From Octopus sinensis (Eukaryota), in assembly GCF_006345805.1 (NCBI RefSeq), contig NC_043004.1, positions 34,410,001-34,474,000 of the forward strand: a stretch of 64,000 nucleotides of DNA, written 5' to 3'. Positions within the stretch are counted from its first letter, which is position 1; every line of letters starts with the position of its first letter. Positions 50,701 to 62,789 of this stretch are shown piece after piece. Under the pieces are notes generated by a model. The model was not told the DNA's origin. It made no database searches and was given only the letters and a program-made list of their open reading frames with translations. The position numbers were made by a program, and so were the translations under genes.

Positions 50701-53482
50701 TTAGCATCAAAAGGGGTCACATTAAGAAATGCTATTAGTCAGTTTATAACTATCACATGATACCAAAAGAAGGAGACCATGCTCATTCACACTCATGTAC
50801 ACATACATTCAAAGGACTTCTTTCCAATTCTGTGAATCAAGTCCACTGACAAGGCTTTGCTTGGCCCCAAGGTTTTAGCAGGTAGCAATTGTCCAAGGTG
50901 CTATGCAGTGGGATTGAACCTGATATCACATAGTTGGAAAGTAAACTTCTTAACCACACCACCATACTTGCACCTCTATTCTTTTATTCTTTTACTTGTT
51001 TCAGTCATAAGACTGTGGCCATGCTGGGGCACTGCCTAAACAGAAGTTTCTTCATAGATCTATATTCAAATTTATCCAGAATCAACCTTGCCTTTCTCTT
51101 CTCTTGAGGTCAATAAGACAGCTACCAAGTATGTTGTGCGGTCAGTCCAACTGACCACAAAAATATGACCTTAGGTCACTCTTTAAAAGTAGAGGATTTA
51201 TTTCTCTTAAAGATAATGCTGTAACATGACTGGTTCAGTTATAGACTTGTTTCTTTATAGAGTTTAGTTGCTCTGGTTTCTGAGTTCAAACTCTTCTTGA
51301 ACTGACCATTTCATGCCTTGATGATCAATACAATAATTATCAGGAATGGAATGTACTAGAATTGATTCAGTCAGTCAAATCTCCTAGAAATACATAACCA
51401 TATGCTAAACGATTGATGTTGTTTTGTTCGGTGTTAACGAGAGTGAGCAAAAGTGCAATCAGAGGTAACCCAATGAAGCTCATCCTGTTGTAATAGTTGT
51501 GACAGTGCAGCATCACTGCATCCAACATTTGTTGTCGATTCCCTACTAACCCTTATAGATGACACATTTGCTCCACTCAAGCAAAAACCCTCCAACCCAT
51601 GGGTCTGTTTGGGTAGTTACTTCTGGTGAGGGTTTATGAGGTTGCGGTGCAAATCCTACCTCAATCACTTTTAGTCCCCTTTTATGACATGTAAAGGAAA
51701 CGTTTGGTCTATTCTTCGACATTCTGGTCCCCACACAGCATGAAATGAATTTTTTTGCTCAGGAACACAATGTACTGCCCAATCCGAGAATTGAACCCAT
51801 GATCTGGTGATCATATGTGCAACACCTTAACCACTAGGCAACATACCAAGGACTATCTAACGTGTTCTTTTGCTTTTTAATGACAGTGTGATCTGAGTGA
51901 GATTAAAGTAGCTATTTCTAGTATGTCAATCAATTCCTTATAAGCTTCCTCATTGTGTTAGTTGGGTTGATTAAAAGGATGTGATGTAACAAGTTACAAG
52001 TTACAGACTGTTTAATGACCATCTCATGGAATAAATGAACAGGAAAAAATTGATGATCAGGAAGAGATTTATGAAAAGAGCTTTTTGATAGGCAGGATTA
52101 ATTGTGTGTCGCTGTTGGTAACTCATGCTTGATAACCCAGAGGATGTTCCAAACAAATCCTCACATGTTATTTCTCATAAACAGAATAATCAAACAAGCA
52201 AGTAATAGTTGATCATGTCCAAAGCTTTTGATTTTCAACTAATCTTATGCCTTTCATTTTAAATTGACTTATTTGGTTTGTAGGTTTTTATTTAATTTTT
52301 GTTCTTCTTGTACAAGCATAAGCTCAGGTTAGACCAGATCAAACAGACCCACAGAGCATAAGTTATCAATCAAATGACTAATGCTCAATGCAAATCCTTT
52401 GTTGCAATCATTCAGGTTGACATCACCAAGGGACAATTGTAGATCTTTTGTGGAGTTCCCTCTTTTGTAAACAAGCCTCAAGTCTAAATATAACTTCCTT
52501 CCATTCTATCTCTCAGTCTTGGAGGTCTTGGGGAAGGTCAAGGGTAAGGAATGCCCAGTGTTTAACCATGATTAAAAAAAAATAAAAATAAAACATGCTC
52601 AGCCCCATACTGCAGACTTTGAGAACTAGGGTCAAGGAGGTTAATGGTACCAGAATGCAATTAATGGTCTGGACATGACATGACATTTTTTACTGTCTAG
52701 TTTACTTCTGACTATTTTAGTGATTCCACCTTTCCACAGTTGCCACTTGTGGGATGGTGGCACTAATAAAAGAATGGCACCACCAGCAAGGAATAAAGTG
52801 GATTCAGGAAAACTGCAACCCATGTTCTTTCTCTATATTTTATTATAATGGTTGAGAGTTGAATTGAAAAACCTGTTGAGGTCGACTTTGTCTTTGATCC
52901 TTTTGGTGTCACTTAAACAAAATACCAGTAAAATACTGGGTTTGTTCTTCTAAAATCTTTGGCCTTGTGCCTAAATCAGAAAACATAATTAATAGAAAGC
53001 ACTCCACCACAATATTTGGTAATTATGAAACTATTGATACTACTGCTATTTTGAAAAGAAAAAATATTTTTATGTTTATCTGGACTGAATAGGCACAGGA
53101 CAATGTTTTGGAGTTGGACTTAACGTAGCCTTTTAGGCTGCTTTTGATGTGTTACTGTGACTGGAGATGATTGTACACAGTGATACAAATGGTGAGGGTC
53201 AGGACTAGTTCTAAGCCCAGGTGACTGAGCTTCCATTTTTAGTATTTTTGAAACCCTTGTGCATATGGTATGTTCGCAAATGACAGGGATGTGAGGTGCA
53301 CTGTTTTGTTTTCTGAGTAGCTTCTTTTAGATTGTTTCAGAGAGATTAAGGATTTGAATGACAATGGTAAAATCCATGGTGAATCTAAGGAAGTGTTTGT
53401 ACCAGTGGAACAGCATGGGATTCAAAGTGCTCTTGGCAAATATTGTAGAAAGGCAGACTAACATTTATTTATAATTATTATA

Positions 53483-53600
53483 TTATTTTCTTTTCCACTT
53501 TTCATTATTACATTTTTTCTTTTCCACTTTTCATTATTATATTTTTTTTCTTTTCCACTTTTCATTACTATATTTTTTTCTTTTCCACTTTTTTTTCCAT
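53483..53600. repeat. Minisatellite, ~32-bp unit, about 3.5 copies
   Basis: tttcttttccacttttcattatta repeated in tandem. Confidence 0.9.
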
Positions 53601-54258
53601 CCAGGGTAGCCAACACTGCTCCCCTTCTAGTGCTATGTCACTGGTTTTGCACACCACCCTTGTTGTTGTCTCCCTGAGGTATTTTATTGGTTTTGATTTC
53701 CCAGTATCTCCAGAGATGTACTTGTATAGCAATTGTTTTGACCAGAGATTGTGAGTTGAAACTAAAGGGATTGCAGTGTGCAAGACACAGGGTAGCTATT
53801 CAGAAACACAAAAATCTCAGGCAAACATATATTTCCAATTGCTCCAGTCTGGCAAAAGTAAATTGTACCTGTGTTTCAAAGGGCCAGCCTTGTCTCACAC
53901 ACATTGTGTTGCATTGAATCTTCCTGAGAACTATGTTAAGGGTACATGTCTGTGGCGTGCTCATCCACTTGCACATTAATTTCACATACAGGCTTTTCTG
54001 TTTATTGGATAAAGAGGAATTCTTATCATCATAACCGACAGAGCACCAGTTTAGTTTGTTGCCCAATGTCGGACATGGGATCTGATATGGCCTCCTGTTT
54101 TCAGGTGATTGATAGTCATGTTTGTAGATGTAGCAGTGATGTCATCAACATATAATGCCAACAATATGATTCATGTGGAGAGGTCATGTGTAATAAAAGT
54201 ACAAAACCTTGTAGCACCCCAGTTTGGAAATGACAAATTGTATACATGCTACTGATGC

Positions 54259-54295
<37 letters not shown>

Positions 54296-54697
54296 GCTGC
54301 TGTTACTGCTGTATTGCTCACAATTTTGTCAACACATTTTTTTAAAAGTGATTCTCAATATTGGAGAGAGTAGAGGTATGGAGCTGAAAGTTTATTTTAT
54401 GTATGTTCTCATTTGTAAACAATAATAATGTTGGCTATGGGTTCCTAATGGACCGATTATTTGGTTTACTTCAATTCTGATGGTGACATGAGAGAGTCTA
54501 ACTCGATGCAGAACTAATATCTCAAGGGACTTTCTTGATAGAGAACTGCTTTTACAGCTTTCACAAGTGTCTACATATGAACATTACTGAAAATATAATT
54601 TGTCAAAATGTACAAACATTCACAAATATATACATATATACATGTGTATATGTGTGTGTATGTGTATACGTGTGTGTGTGTGTGTACATGTCTATAT

Positions 54698-54728
<31 letters not shown>

Positions 54729-54849
54729 AATATATATCTATATAAACACACACATAAATATATAAAATATGCATGCATATATATTTAGAGACATATTACT
54801 TGAAGATTTTGACGTAAAAGAGGAAGAGGATATAGCATCACATGATGTG

Positions 54850-55390
54850 GAAGACAACTAGAGGTTCCTACGGTACAACCTGTTGAGGGCTACAGACCAG
54901 ATCTGTGGATGGTGCAAAGTCCTCCCTTGGCAAAAGGCAACATGGTGGTGGAACAATATAGTTGACAGGGCCATTAGGGAAAAGAAACAGGCTTGGAAGG
55001 ACTGAAAGAACAGTGGTAGCAGGGAATTGTATCAGACTGCCAGAATGGAAGCTAGGAGATAGGTTTACTTAGCCAGAGAGGAAGCAGATAAGAAAAAATT
55101 TGCCAATGTTCTGTGTTGTGAGGACCAAAGATCTGAAGTGTTTCAGATTGCAAGACAGTGTGTGATGTCATAGGAGAGAAATGTATCCACATGGATGATG
55201 GTCTTCTTCCATTTAATGAGACTGCAAAGAGAGAGACTTAGAGACACCACTATGAAAAGTTGCTAAATGAAGTGAATGAATGGGAGAAAGAGATCTGCTG
55301 AATGTCGACCCTATGGAGGGAGCAACTATCCAAATTAATAGTACCGTGATAGATAAATTATGGGTAAGGTGACAGGGAAAGCCTGGTATG
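54850..55390 (+). mobile_element. RTE LINE EN-RT linker fragment
   Basis: TWWWNNIVDRAIREKKQAWKD..ADKKKFANVL..GEKC..MDDG..HYEKLLNE motifs, with stops. Confidence 0.75.
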
Positions 55391-55419
55391 TCCTTTAATG
55401 ATACATCCATTTTTATCTC

Positions 55420-55680
55420 CTCCATTCTTCCAGTGTGGTGCTTTTTACGTGCCCCCAGCAAAGGTGCCAGGGGAGGCTGGCAACGGCCACGATCGGTTGG
55501 TGCTTTTTACATGTCACCGGCATGGAAGCTAGTCAGGGTGGCGCTGGCATCGGCCACGTACATGTGGTGCTTTTTACATGCCACCGGGACAGGTATCAGA
55601 ACTACAATTTCCATTTGATCTTTTGATGTTGATGTACTTGACTCAATAAGTCTCGTCCATGATAATGAAGAAGATGATAT
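55420..55680 (-). mobile_element. RTE-tail-associated repeat with repeated ggtgctttttac units
   Basis: Reverse match to 38580-38715. Confidence 0.55.
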
Positions 55681-56514
55681 GTGTGTGTGTGTGCGTGCAT
55701 GTGTGTGTGCATGCGTGTGTGTGCACGCATCTGTGTGTGCATGTCTGTGTGTAGGTATTTCATAATTGTCAAAGCCATAGCATGGCTGTTTAATTTCTGA
55801 AGAAGCCAACAGTTTACGAATGGCAGCAATGGTTAAGTATTGTATCTTTGTAAATGCTAGTTTATCTATTTATCTATTTATGTATTTATTAACTGCTGTT
55901 TGCTTCTGTTGTTGGCTATTTTTCATCTAAATGGCTTTGAAATCATATTTCTTCTACCATTTTGAGGTCATACATTAGAATGTTTTCACCTTCTGGCTAC
56001 ACATTGTCATTTTCATTATATTATTTACAATCTAATTTTCCAATGCACCAGTTTGAAAAGCAATTGAATTAGAATATATTTTCAATGAGACAAAGTGACT
56101 GCATATGCAGAGACATCACTTTACCTTCTTAATCATATTTGTATCATAATACTGAGGTTAAATAATTTTAGCGATGGGTTGCTGAGAAATTCAAACCTGC
56201 TACAACAACATGTATGCGTGTGTGTGTGTGTGTGTGTCAGTGCAAGTGTGAGTGTATATGTATGTGTGTGTGAGTGTGCGTGTCTGTGTGTGAGTGTGCG
56301 TGTGTGTATAGATATTTATGTATGTACATGTGTATGTATATATATATATGTATAGGTGTATGTGTATTTATGTATGAATGCAAATATATATAACATATCG
56401 CTCATATTTATGATATGGACAGGCTGAGATGCAGCGTATATGTTAGTATTACAGGAAATATGTGCATATCTGTGGGAAAGCAAGGTGAACAAATAGAATT
56501 ACAAGCTATAAGGA

Positions 56515-56797
56515 GGCGGTGGTGGCGGTGGCGGTGGTGGTGGTGGCGGTGGTGGTGGTGGCGGTGGTGGTGGTGGCGGTGGTGGTGGTGGCGGTGGTGG
56601 TGGTGGTGGTGGTGGTGGTGGTGGTGGTGGTGGTGGAGGACGGGAGGAGGAGGAGGAGGGGGAGGAGGAGGAAGAAGAAGAAGAAGAAGAAGAAGAAGAA
56701 GAAGAAGAAGAAGAAGGAAAGGAAGAAGGAGAAGGAGGAGAAGAAGAAGAAGGAGAAGGAGAAGAAGGAGGAAGAAGAAAACGAAAAGGAAGAAGAA

Positions 56798-56828
<31 letters not shown>

Positions 56829-56915
56829 GAGAAGGAGGAGAAGAAGAAGAAGGAGAAGGAGAAGAAGGAGGAAGAAGAAAACGAAAAGGAAGAAGAAGAA
56901 GAGGCCAAGGAAAAG
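56515..56915. repeat. (GGT/GGC)n then (GGA/GAA)n tract with a 100-bp internal duplication
   Basis: Block starting at 56721 is repeated at 56821. Confidence 0.95.
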
Positions 56916-57109
56916 GAAGATAGTGGACCAAAAAATTCTCAATGAAATTGAATTTAATCTTCTTGCCCAATGAGGACTAATATCACAACAAACCCTTATT
57001 GTAAAACCCTGTCTTGAAGACAGGCACATGTTTCCATGTGTCCCACATGTGGTTGCTAATACACTTTAAACCATAAAAAAATGAGAAAATCTTAGAATAT
57101 ATTTTCAAA

Positions 57110-57275
57110 TAGGCATAGGAGTGGCTGTGTTGTATGTAGCTTGCTTCCCAGCCATGGGGTTCCAGGTTCAGTCCCACTGCATGGCACCTTGGGCATGTGT
57201 CTTCTACTATAACCTCGGGCTGACCAAAGCCTTCTGAGTGGATTTTGGTAGACGGAAACTGAAAGAAGCCTGTCA
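57110..57275 (+). mobile_element. CORE-like SINE head
   Basis: ggagtggctgtgttg...aggttcagtcccactgcatggcaccttgggcatgtgtctt. Confidence 0.8.
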
Positions 57276-57714
57276 TATATGTGTATATATATATATATAC
57301 ATATATTCTTTTTCTTTCTTTTTTTCTTTTTTCAAAGAAAGTATTTTCTCCCAACGTTCATTTTTTAACCCTCGATCTGCTCTGACTGGTCTAACAACCT
57401 TGTATGTTTGTTTTCATTCACTTTCCTTTTATGTCTCCACTATCCTGATTTTGTTCCCAACTTTGATCCTCCATAAATCCCAAATTTTATTTTAGAATAG
57501 GAGCAATTGTCTTTGAAGATTCATATTGTCGTTGAATGCTCGAAATGAGGAGTAGATAGACAGCTGACAACTGAAGGGTCGTTCTTTGTGTTACTTGTCC
57601 CGTTTTCCATTTTTTCCTCTCATTGTTTGTATATTTAACTCATTTGTTTTCGTATCTCATTTTGTTTACTGTTGGTGACGTCCTGTACCCATATATGCAT
57701 ATACATTTATATAT

Positions 57715-57980
57715 CTCTCTTTTACTCTTTACTCTTTTACTTGTTCAGTCATTTGACTGCGGCCATGCTGGAGCACCGCCTTTAATCGAGCAACTCGACC
57801 CCGGGACTTATTATTTTGTAAGCCCAGTACTTATTATATCGGTCTCTTTTGCCGAACCGCTAAGTAACGGAGACATAAACACACCAGCATCGCTTGTCAA
57901 GCAATGCTAGGGGAACAAACACAAACACACAAACACACACACGCATATATATATACATATATACGACGGGCTTCTTTTAT
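57715..57980 (-). mobile_element. CORE-like SINE, 5'-truncated
   Basis: Tail and microsatellite match 16302-16575. Confidence 0.85.
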
Positions 57981-58329
57981 TTTCTTATATTTCTGTCACC
58001 AAGACACAAGTTCAATAGTTTTAACAATGGATTGCTAAGAAGATCAAAACTGGTGTAGTGGTGTGGCTGTGTGTCAAGAAGCTTGCTTTTCAATCCCATG
58101 GTTCTGAGTTCACTCCTGCTATGTCTTATACAATAGACTGAGGCTGACCAAAACCTTGTGATTGGATTTGGTAGACAGAAACTGAAAGAAGCCCATCATA
58201 TATATATAGAGAGAGAGATAGATAGATAGATAGATAGATAGATATAGATATATAACGGCAGTGCATCAGCATGGCCACAGCTCTGAGCTGAAACAGCAAC
58301 AAAAAAAGAATATATATATATATATATAT

Positions 58330-58580
58330 ATTACAGAGATGTACTTGCATAGCAAGTGACTTGATCTGAGATCGTGTGCTGAAAGAAAAACAATTGCAAC
58401 ATGGAATGTATTTATAAGCCATTTAAAAAACACGCAAAAACCGTTAGAGTTACTTCAGTATTTAAATTTAATTTGTGTCAAAATATTTTTGTTACTTTGA
58501 AACTGCAACCTGTTCACTGACAAAATTTTGCACTGCATCATTTTTAGATGGCTTATAAACACCTTCAACACTGCAATTGT
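58330..58580. mobile_element. Fold-back repeat carrying a G3-C8 hammerhead-like motif (copy 1)
   Basis: Internal inverted repeat acaattgca..tgtatttataagccat / atggcttataaacacc..tgcaattgt; motif on the minus strand at 58474-58525. Confidence 0.75.
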
Positions 58581-59199
58581 ACATATATATATATATTTAT
58601 ATACAGGTGGTGTTCCAGCATGGCCGCAGGCAACTGACTTAGACAAGTGAAAGTATAAAAGAATAAAAGAATGCATGTGTGTTGGTGTATCTTTGTATCT
58701 GTGTTTGTCCCCCCATCACCTGGCATTCGTGTGTTTATGGCCCCTGCTGTGGCGAGAGTCACAATACCCACTACAAGAACAGACTGACCAAATGGCTATA
58801 AAACCCTTCAAAAACATTTCAAGGCAGTGCTCCAGCATGGCCACCGTCCAATAACTGAAACAAGTAAATAGTAAGGTACACACACACACACACACGGAGG
58901 CAAATTATCAAAGCTCAGTTAATGCCAATATGAATAAAGAAGAAAATATGTGACAAGAATCTTAAAACTTCAAATATCAAAAATTCCATCAAGTGACAAG
59001 TTGTCTGTTCTTAAACATTGACTAAACACATCATATTATTTAGCTGGACCAAAAACTGTTGTTCTGAGGGAATCTCACACTCTTCTAATCCATTTACTTA
59101 ATGATCTCATTCTTTAGATATTCCATCTAAATAAGCAACCTCATCAATTTCACCTGTCTGGCAAATACACAAGTATATCTTCTCCACCATTCCTCTTTC

Positions 59200-59690
59200 G
59201 TATTTTATCTTTTATCTTTTACATGTTTCATTCATTAGACTACGGTCATGCTGGGGCACTGCCTTGAAGAATATTAAAGCCCAGCACTTATAATATTGGC
59301 CTCTTTGGCAAGCTGCTAAGTTGTGGGGGTGCAAACACCTGAACACCAGCTATCAAAGTGATGGGGGACAAACATAGACACAAAGATACACACACACACA
59401 TGCACACACACATGCATGCACACACACACGCATGCACACACACACGCATGCACACACACGCGCATGCACACATACACACACTCATGTGCATACACACACA
59501 CACACTCATGTACATGCACACACACACAACAGGCTTCTTCAAGTTTCAGTCTGTTCACAACTGTTCACAACGATTTGGTTGGTCATCTCAAGGCTATAGT
59601 AGTAGACACTTGCCAAGCAGTGGAACTGAACCTGGAATCATGTAGTTGGGAAGTAAGCTTCTTACCACACAGCCACACCTGCATCTATAT
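59200..59690 (-). mobile_element. CORE-like SINE, degenerate full length
   Basis: Tail, CA tract and head all recognisable. Confidence 0.75.
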
Positions 59691-60582
59691 TTTTCATGAT
59701 ACAAAACAGTTGCCATCCTCCCCCATCTCTCTTTCTTTCTCTCTCTGCGATTCTGAAATACTTCCTACATTATAAGATGTCTAAGAGAATTTCCCAGACT
59801 CTGTGCCCCTTCAACTGGTAGTCAATCTCTTATTCATCAAAAACTCTTCACTGTCTAATTTCATTTTCCGTAGGGAATTCCTCTGACATTTTCGTTTGGA
59901 AAAGCTTTGACTGGCATCATAACTAATTAGCTTTCATTACCAATTTGAGGCATCACTTCTCAGTAACAAATTACTTTATCATTTGAAATGACAACAAAAA
60001 GCACCGCAAAAATTATAATTGCAACACATTTGTAGCTTATTTCAGCTACCTTGGTCAAGGTCATGCTTCAGCCCCGTCTCCATTGTCAATGTGACTTATA
60101 TACTTTCTCTTCTCTTTACCAACTTTGAATATTCATCCACTAATGGAGCAATGAATTCCTATAACCTGATACTCTGCCAAAGTTCCATGAAGATGTTGTT
60201 TTATTCCAGCTCAACCTCATCAAGTAAATCGAAGATCAAATGCAGTCCAACCATGACCATACATCGGACTACATTACACAATGTGACTGTCTCCATTTCA
60301 TAGAGTGTAATTTGAAGGAAAAGTGAATGTCATTTTTATTAGATTGGGTAATTACAGCAATGGTTCCATCTTGGGTCATACAGTTCATATTTTCCTTCTG
60401 CTATGATTAGAAGACACATTTAGACCACTCAATTGAATAAATATTGATAGTTAACATTATTTCTCTCTCTCTCTCTCTCACTCTCTCTCTAACCTCTTTA
60501 TACATACCTACATGCATACTTACATACATAGTCACATACATACATACATATATCATCATCATCGTTTAACGTCTGCATATAT

Positions 60583-60835
60583 ATTATGGAGATGTACTTG
60601 CATAGCAAGTGACCTGATCTGAGATCGTGTGCTGGAACGAAAACAATTGCAGTGTGGAAGGTGTTTATAAGCCATTTAAGGAACACGCAAAATCCGTTAG
60701 ATTCACTTCAACATTTTGTTAGTGAACAGGTTGCGGTCTCAAAGCAAGGAAAATATTTTGACAAATTAAATTTAAATGTTGAAGTGAATCTGACGGTTTT
60801 TGTGGCTTATAAACACCTTCCACGCTGCAATTGTT
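60583..60835. mobile_element. Fold-back repeat carrying a G3-C8 hammerhead-like motif (copy 2)
   Basis: Same family as 58330-58580 with a different inversion junction; motif on the plus strand at 60715-60765; a short stub also at 40432-40464. Confidence 0.8.
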
Positions 60836-61120
60836 TATATATATATATATGAAGTATAAGAAAAGGAAAAACTTGTAGGTGTAGACGATCTTTAATTCAT
60901 AATCCAGGTTGGTACAAAACCAATATATATTCTACAAATTGTTTCAGAGTCTAATAAATTCCAAAGACAAAAATGGAAAACTCTTCTTGAAATAAAAATT
61001 AGATTCTTCTTCAGGAATTACAAACTGGTATGAATAATTACAACCTAAAAACAGTATACACAGACCTTTCATAGCTCAGGCGGGAACGAACAAATAATAT
61101 ATATAAATATATATATGTAT

Positions 61121-61267
61121 AATTAATAGGGGTCACAAAAGTGACAAAGGAAGGTAAGTCCTCAGCGTACGTAACCGGATTACAATTTCGGATTTTGATG
61201 CAAACCATTTTAAAGCAAAAGCAATGCTAGTCAGAACCCTCCCTCACTTTTGTGACCTTTATTAATT
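61121..61267. mobile_element. Small MITE with 24-bp TIRs
   Basis: aattaataggggtcacaaaagtga / tcacttttgtgacctttattaatt; a second right end lies at 61540-61590. Confidence 0.7.
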
Positions 61268-61598
61268 CTGCCTTTAGGTTCTAGTCGCTAATGAGTCACC
61301 CTTTTAATTTGTTGTTTACACTTTCACCATTTTGTAAATCAGCATGTTTTTCTTTAAGAATGACAGAGGAAGTTGAGTTTAACCCTAGGCATTAAGAGCT
61401 GCTGAGGAGGATTTCAGATGCTCTACATCAAAATATGAAACCACGATCCAGCTACGTATGCTAGAGACTTACCTCTCTTTATCAATCATTAAAATATGAT
61501 TTTGTGGCTTTTGAGTTATTTTAACTCTTATCTTTAGCAACAGCAGTGCTAGTCAGTATCCTCTGTCACCTTTTGTGACCTCTATTAATTTCCTATAC

Positions 61599-62379
61599 TT
61601 AAGAGATGAGGACTTATGTACATTATTAACATTATTTACATTATTTACATTATTTACATTTGACGGATATTTGTCCTCATCTTGTTTGTTGTTAACACAA
61701 TGTTTCGGCTGATATACCCTTCAGCCTTCATCAGTTGTCTTGGGGAAATTTCGAACGTGGGTTCTCATTCCTAAGGTATTTTTCCATGTTATTATCATCC
61801 TCATCATCATTATCATTATCATCATTCAGGTCACAGCCTAGACTTGAACTCGGAATCTTGAGGTTGAGAGTGCAGGCAACTATTGCCAAGATTCTGAGTT
61901 TGATTCGGGGCAGTGACCTGAATGATGATAATGATGACTATGATGATGATGACAATGATGATGATGATGATGAGGATGATGATGAGGATGATGATGAGGG
62001 TGATGATGGAGATGATGATGATGATGATGATGAGGATGATGAGGATGAGGATGAGGATGAGGATGATGATGTTAATGATGATGACGAGGATGATGATGAG
62101 GATAATGATGATGATGGGGAGGAGGTGGAGGAGGAGGAGGAGGATTTTGATGATTATGATGAGGATAACGATGATGATGAGGATAACGATGAGGATAAGG
62201 ATGAGAATGATGAGGTGGTTGAGGATGATGATGAGGATAACATCAGAAAAATACCTTAGGAATGAGAACCCACGTTCGAAACTTCCCTGAAGAAGGCTGG
62301 AGAGTATATCAGCTGAAACAACAAACAAGATGAGGAGAAATATCAGTCAAATGTAAATAATGTAAATAATGTAAATAAT
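61599..62379. mobile_element. Head-to-head dimer of a tRNA-headed, hammerhead-bearing element
   Basis: 61599-61860 and 61887-62379 are inverted copies around a 26-nt spacer; each has a B-box-like segment, a (GAT)n tract, an HHR core and an (aataatgta)n tail. Confidence 0.85.
61694..61739 (-). ncRNA. Minimal type I hammerhead ribozyme motif
   Basis: Minus strand: gacaa-CTGATGA-A-ggctg-aagggtatat-cagcc-GAAA-CATT-gtgtt. Canonical core and 5-bp stem II; one CpG-type change in stem III and one mismatch in stem I. Confidence 0.75.
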
Positions 62380-62467
62380 CTATTAATATTGCTTTTAGAT
62401 TCTAATTACTACCCAGCCATTCTTTTTAATTTGTTAAATATATGATGTATGTATGTATATGTATGTA

Positions 62468-62519
<52 letters not shown>

Positions 62520-62686
62520 TATGTATGTATGTATGGCCAGATATCTTCCTCCCAGCACAATACTTAAAGTGGTCTGTTGCAATTAAAATGCAGCATTATG
62601 ATATATTAATAACTCCCAAATGTATTGAGTGCTTTTCAGTTTCTGATCCTATCATTGAATAAACAGGACACTATGTGTGTATGTGC

Positions 62687-62737
<51 letters not shown>

Positions 62738-62789
62738 CTTTTGTCTTTCAACGTATTTGCTCTTTACGAAAGTCCCAGGCTACTGGTAG

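Noticed and set aside
54105-54155. Good acceptor followed by VIDSHVCRC, considered as an EGF continuation
   Set aside because: Wrong phase relative to 41580, the third Cys would be missing, and there is no good donor before the stop.
56408-57029. ORFs of 134-176 aa with poly-W/R/P/H/E runs
   Set aside because: Trinucleotide repeats open in several frames on both strands.
60019-60303. 94-aa ORF in unique DNA
   Set aside because: Non-ATG start, no motif; other frames contain stops and are not recognisable.
61130-61153. 24-nt segment ending in AAG|GTAAGT
   Set aside because: Lies within a MITE terminal inverted repeat and lacks a pyrimidine tract.
61735-62328. Asp/Glu-rich 174-aa ORF and Ile-rich antisense ORF sharing GNFERGFSFLRYFS
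   Set aside because: Produced by the inverted arms and (GAT)n tract of the HHR element.
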